Source of the DNA: a virus
Direction: 5' to 3' (one strand)
DNA length: 64,000 nt
Virus record (IMG/VR): IMGVR_UViG_3300023184_004167
Span: 64,001-128,000 of that record
Numbering within the stretch: the first letter of the stretch is position 1; the number at the start of each line of letters is the position of its first letter. Positions 59,845 through 64,000 of this stretch are shown piece by piece. A model generated the notes under the pieces. It did no database searches. It was not told where the DNA came from and saw only the letters and a list, made by a program, of their open reading frames with translations. Made by a program: the position numbers and the translations under genes.

Positions 59845-61518
59845 TTATGATTCTTTTCTTAAGTTACCAGCATAGTGGTCAAATCTATCATGCTCAACAG
59901 GTGTTAATAATAATAAACCACCATTTAATTCACCTTTTTTAGTTAATTGGTACATATGAGACATCCAAGTATTCTCAAAAGGTCTAGCCCAAGTGGTGTT
60001 TAAAAACATTTTTTTATTACCAACACGACTAATTAATTGAGTCCAATTACAATAATAAATCTCACCATCAACATATGGCAACCCATTATGAGTCTTAATG
60101 TTATTAAATTTGGTTTTTGGAGAATTGGGGTCTAATCCTTGTACAGGTAATTTATTTTTTTCTGGCCAAAACTCTTCTCTAACAGATTGGGGTACATTAT
60201 ACCAACTCCATTGAGTACCATTATCACCATAAAATTCACTATAATTAAATTTTATAAAATCAAAATTTTCTTTTTTAATAACTTGTAAAGTATTTGAATA
60301 TAAATTTGGTGAGAATCTATTAAACCCATTTCTACAGGTTTCTAATGGTTTATTTTGAAAGAACATATCATCTTCAGAGAAGATATAATAATCTAAATTA
60401 GTATCCTCAAAATGCTCCGCTATCCATTGTCTTCCACCGCATATCCCTAAATTGTCTTTTTTAATGTGTTCAAACCCGTGTTCTTCACATAATTTTGAAT
60501 ACGCATCAAATGTTGATTCATCAGTTGAATTATCTAATAAAAACTTTGTGGTTTTTAAAATAAAATCTTTATCATATTCTAACATTGATTGTATTAAAGT
60601 TTGAAATTGTTTTGGACTATTAAATGTTAAAACATATAAACCAACCTTATTAGTATCCAATGTATTTTCAATTGAAATCTTACCTTCTGATTTAACTTTT
60701 AATGTGTCATTTTTTAAATCTTCAAAAAATTTACCCATTAACCCATTCCCGTCTATTTCAAAATAATTTATTAAATCAGAATGTTTATAACACATAATAC
60801 TAAAAAGTGATTCTTCAGTACCCATATATCCTTCATCTAATGTTGATTTTAACATTCCATAATAAATTGAATTCATACTTGAAATAGATTCTTTTGGCCC
60901 ACCAAAAAATCCTCCTCTTGCCACCTTATTAACAGTTTCTCCAGCAATTGAATTTAATTTGTTATATTCAAACCCGTGTATTTCATTTTCAGCACCATAT
61001 GGAAAGCAAACAAAAGAGAATTTAGAAATATATTTAGATAATTTATCTAATACTTTATCATGTGTAAAATATCCTTGATGTACAGTATTTGTTAATCCTG
61101 CATCAATCCAAAACATATATTCAGAATTAAATCTATCAAATATTTTTGCGTCGTGTAACAAAAACATTTTTGACATAACCAAAGGATTATACATTTCAAG
61201 TTTTGCCTGAGTAGAATCTTTGAGCCAACCTGATAAGTTAAACCATTCAGGATTCGTTCTTATTTTTTGAATTTTATCATAGTATTCATTATTTTGAAAC
61301 CAATCAGATTTTCTTAAAATGAATTGAGTATTTTCTGAATTTCTATGTTCTTTAACAAAAGATTCAAGCTCCTCATCCCCAAATATTATCATATTTTCAT
61401 CAACTTGTAAAAGTTGTTTGAATTTATCCAAATATTGGTCAAAAGAACGACTCCATCCTTCTGTTAAATTTCCTCTACCAAGGTTCCATAAACCTGTTAC
61501 TAATGTTATTTTACTCAT
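59845..61518 (-). CDS. Two-domain glycosyltransferase: HtrL/YibB (WlaTC)-like N-terminal domain plus GT-A-like C-terminal domain
   Basis: ITLVTGLWNLGR, YNPLVMSKMFLL, FWIDAG, GGFFGG, TEESL; then LYVLTFN, LLDNSTD, NLGICGGR, FSEDD. Confidence 0.7.
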   Translation of the reverse strand: MSKITLVTGLWNLGRGNLTEGWSRSFDQYLDKFKQLLQVDENMIIFGDEELESFVKEHRNSENTQFILRKSDWFQNNEYYDKIQKIRTNPEWFNLSGWLKDSTQAKLEMYNPLVMSKMFLLHDAKIFDRFNSEYMFWIDAGLTNTVHQGYFTHDKVLDKLSKYISKFSFVCFPYGAENEIHGFEYNKLNSIAGETVNKVARGGFFGGPKESISSMNSIYYGMLKSTLDEGYMGTEESLFSIMCYKHSDLINYFEIDGNGLMGKFFEDLKNDTLKVKSEGKISIENTLDTNKVGLYVLTFNSPKQFQTLIQSMLEYDKDFILKTTKFLLDNSTDESTFDAYSKLCEEHGFEHIKKDNLGICGGRQWIAEHFEDTNLDYYIFSEDDMFFQNKPLETCRNGFNRFSPNLYSNTLQVIKKENFDFIKFNYSEFYGDNGTQWSWYNVPQSVREEFWPEKNKLPVQGLDPNSPKTKFNNIKTHNGLPYVDGEIYYCNWTQLISRVGNKKMFLNTTWARPFENTWMSHMYQLTKKGELNGGLLLLTPVEHDRFDHYAGNLRKES

Positions 61519-62398
61519 AAATTCCGTTTAATTCTTCTAAAATTTTATAAAAACTTTTATTAATTTTAAGGTGTTCTGACATTTCTATTCCAGAAATTCT
61601 TTCATTTTCGTGCCACCAAGTATCAAATTTATATATTTTAAACATGTCTTCGTGATTTCTAAACATTAATGTCATAATATCTTCTTCGTGATATAATCTA
61701 CCATCTTCTTCAGTAACTTGATGCACATATTTTTTAAATAATTCTACTATATTATTCCATAATTCTTTTTTTCCTCCAAACAAACCACCAATAATATGAT
61801 AACTTCTATCGTGATTAAAAAAATGTTTTGGATTTACTGTTCCTGACCAATAATTTCTATCATTTTCTTTACCTATTATCGTGAATTTATCTTCAGTGTT
61901 TACTACTAAATTATTTAAAAAATTATTATTAAATAATGAACTTTCATAATACCCACGATTATGGGGACCACCAGGGGTTAAGTATTTATTTGGAATTAAA
62001 CCACAATGTGATAACCCAGCATCAATCCAATAATAATAATCATAAGACATATCTTCAGATAAAAACCAAATAAATTTCATATATTGTATTTCAATACATC
62101 TATCTCCTCTTCTAGCCCCTTCAATATCTTTATATTTTTTAAATAATTCTAAAAAATAATGTTCGGATAAGTTATATTTTACTAATTTTAATTTATCTTT
62201 TTCTATGTTATTTTCAATATGAAAAAAATTATATAAATCATCAAATTCTTCCTCAGATGTATAACAAATAAAATCTGATTCAGTCATTTTTAATAATGAT
62301 AATAAACTCCATTTATAATGACCTCCTCTGCTTGGTCTTCCACCAAAATCAGTTCCGTGTAAATTACTATATATTGATGTAATAAATTTAACTTTCAT
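61511..62398 (-). CDS. HtrL/YibB-like glycosyltransferase
   Basis: QYMKFIW, YYWIDAGL, IIGGLFGG, HEEDIM; same motif pattern as the N-domain of the next gene. Confidence 0.65.
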   Translation of the reverse strand: MKVKFITSIYSNLHGTDFGGRPSRGGHYKWSLLSLLKMTESDFICYTSEEEFDDLYNFFHIENNIEKDKLKLVKYNLSEHYFLELFKKYKDIEGARRGDRCIEIQYMKFIWFLSEDMSYDYYYWIDAGLSHCGLIPNKYLTPGGPHNRGYYESSLFNNNFLNNLVVNTEDKFTIIGKENDRNYWSGTVNPKHFFNHDRSYHIIGGLFGGKKELWNNIVELFKKYVHQVTEEDGRLYHEEDIMTLMFRNHEDMFKIYKFDTWWHENERISGIEMSEHLKINKSFYKILEELNGIYE

Positions 62399-62410
62399 AG
62401 TTATTTTTTT

Positions 62411-63130
62411 TTATTCTGAAAATCTTTTAGAATATTTTTCATTACCCCAATCAGAAAAATGAGGTAAATGAAATGGTGCAAAATTTCTTGTTGGTTTAAA
62501 AGTATGATGAATATCAGACTCCCAAATTCTACTTAACATATCTCCATCTTCCGCACCCCATCCCTCATATTTTTCATCAAATCCGTTTAATTTTAATAAT
62601 AATTCTGTATCACATAAATAAACACCACCTAACCCACCAATATATCCATTAAGTGGACCATTATTTCTATTACCTGAATAAGCATACGACCAATCACTCA
62701 TCTCAATTTTAAACGAGTTATCAATAATATAATTAGAAACATTATCTTCTAATTTAGCCAAATCAAAAGTACAAACATCACCTTTGTTTAAATTTTTAAT
62801 TAATTCTAATAATTTGTCATAATCTTGTTCATAAAAAAATGCATCACAATCTATAACCATAAAAAAATCATAATCTTTCTTTTCTTTTAAAATAATATTT
62901 GTTTTTTCTGCTTTTTTATAAACCCCTAACGGATATGGAATATGAATTGAATCTAAAATAATTTGATTTGGGGAAAAATCATATAAAGTAGTATTAACAT
63001 TAACACCATTTTCACTTAGGAATAAAGAAAGTTTTTTTAATTCTCCCCAAGAAAAGTTAACATTTCTAATTCTTGTTGAGTCAGGGTTACCGTCATCCCA
63101 AAATTTCATATTTAATGATATACTATTCAT
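62411..63130 (-). CDS. GT-A glycosyltransferase (GT2/GT7 C-terminal-like)
   Basis: DxD motif IDCD; GFDEKYEGWGAEDGD; FHLPH. Confidence 0.8.
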   Translation of the reverse strand: MNSISLNMKFWDDGNPDSTRIRNVNFSWGELKKLSLFLSENGVNVNTTLYDFSPNQIILDSIHIPYPLGVYKKAEKTNIILKEKKDYDFFMVIDCDAFFYEQDYDKLLELIKNLNKGDVCTFDLAKLEDNVSNYIIDNSFKIEMSDWSYAYSGNRNNGPLNGYIGGLGGVYLCDTELLLKLNGFDEKYEGWGAEDGDMLSRIWESDIHHTFKPTRNFAPFHLPHFSDWGNEKYSKRFSE

Positions 63131-64000
63131 TAATTAATATTTTTATTTTTTCCCAAACATTAAATGTTGGGTTTTTAAAAAAATCTTGTTTTAAGTTTTT
63201 AATGTTATTTATATAAAAATTATAATAATCTAAATGATTGTAAATAACATTATCAATTGTTTTAATCATTTCATCAATAGTCATCCCATTTAAATTAATA
63301 AAACAATCTGATGAAATATAATCCGTAATATTTGAACACCCCAAGTATATCGGTATTGATTCTGTTAATATTGCGTCCCAAAATTTTTCGCTTATATAAT
63401 TTTTTTGTATTGAATTTTCACAAGCAACAGAAAATAGATACTCATCTAACCCAACATGCTTATTCCAAACATCCCCCTTAATATTTTTACCATTATTAAT
63501 CCAATGAACACCAAAAACATCTATTTTTTCATTTTCAGATAATTTAATTCCTAAATCAGTTCTTTTAGTATAATTTATTTCTGAAGTATTTGGATTAGAT
63601 AAATGACTATAATGTGTTGAACCATCCCTTCTTACAATGATTGAGATTGTTTTATTTTTTATATATTCTTTGTCTTTTATTTTTAAAGACCAATCCCATT
63701 CTTCCCTATTATCAAGTTCTCCGCTTCCTCCATAAAACATTGGTAATAATGTCTCAATATATTCTTCTCTATCTGGATAGTCTTTTTTATCTGAAATTAA
63801 AATTTTTGAACAATGATTATGTATATTATCTTTTGGTTGATTTGGTGACCACAAAGGTTCTTGGGAAATGTAAAAAGTTTTTTCTTTTGGTGTCTCTATT
63901 TTATCCCAATCAGTTCTTCCAAAAACAATTGTATAATCAGGATTTTCATTTACCAAAGAAAAATGTTTTAAATCTTCATCCGAAACAAATTGTCTTATCA
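63123..64000 (-). CDS. GT10-family (alpha-1,3/4-fucosyltransferase-like) glycosyltransferase, 5' end outside the window
   Basis: YLFSVACENSIQKNYISEKFWDAILTESIPIYLG is the GT10 motif. The frame stays open upstream of the track's TTG at 63956 to the window edge (IRQFVSDEDLKHFSLVNE). Confidence 0.85.
   Translation of the reverse strand, partial: IRQFVSDEDLKHFSLVNENPDYTIVFGRTDWDKIETPKEKTFYISQEPLWSPNQPKDNIHNHCSKILISDKKDYPDREEYIETLLPMFYGGSGELDNREEWDWSLKIKDKEYIKNKTISIIVRRDGSTHYSHLSNPNTSEINYTKRTDLGIKLSENEKIDVFGVHWINNGKNIKGDVWNKHVGLDEYLFSVACENSIQKNYISEKFWDAILTESIPIYLGCSNITDYISSDCFINLNGMTIDEMIKTIDNVIYNHLDYYNFYINNIKNLKQDFFKNPTFNVWEKIKILINE

Noticed and set aside
1-64000. Stop-codon reassignment, introns/inteins, tRNAs, integrase or transposase
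   Set aside because: Genes are full-length and tightly packed under the standard code, PolB/RNR/DnaB are of ordinary size with no intein motifs, and I saw no cloverleaf or recombinase/transposase motif by eye.

Overview
A 64 kb, strongly AT-rich, densely coding segment of a large lytic myophage genome with distant T4-like structural and replication modules; almost all genes are on the minus strand. It contains a contractile tail/baseplate set (sheath, tube, tail chaperone, tape measure, hub, gp53-, gp25-, gp6-like, neck and terminator proteins), replication genes (PolB, DnaB, 5'-3' exonuclease, RecA/UvsX, gp32-like SSB, SNF2 helicase, class II RNR), and an accessory island at the right end. 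A Bacteroidota host is inferred, not proven. Main observations: (1) an LCIB/theta-type carbonic anhydrase with all three Zn ligands fused to a structural-looking N-terminus; (2) an unannotated frame between the tail chaperone and tape measure genes, probably reached by a +1 frameshift at UUU_UUU_CGC; (3) a BppU-like anchor/Pro-Thr stalk/papain-protease fusion beside a 2OG-Fe(II) oxygenase and four glycosyltransferases, suggesting enzyme display and glycosylation on the virion; (4) two promoter classes, TTGAC-N17-TATA(C/T)T before replication genes and a sense-strand TATTTAT motif before about 20 genes; (5) an unannotated RHH regulator and a structured polB leader. No tRNA, rRNA, CRISPR array or mobile element was seen. 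All family calls come from reading motifs by eye; no database search was run.
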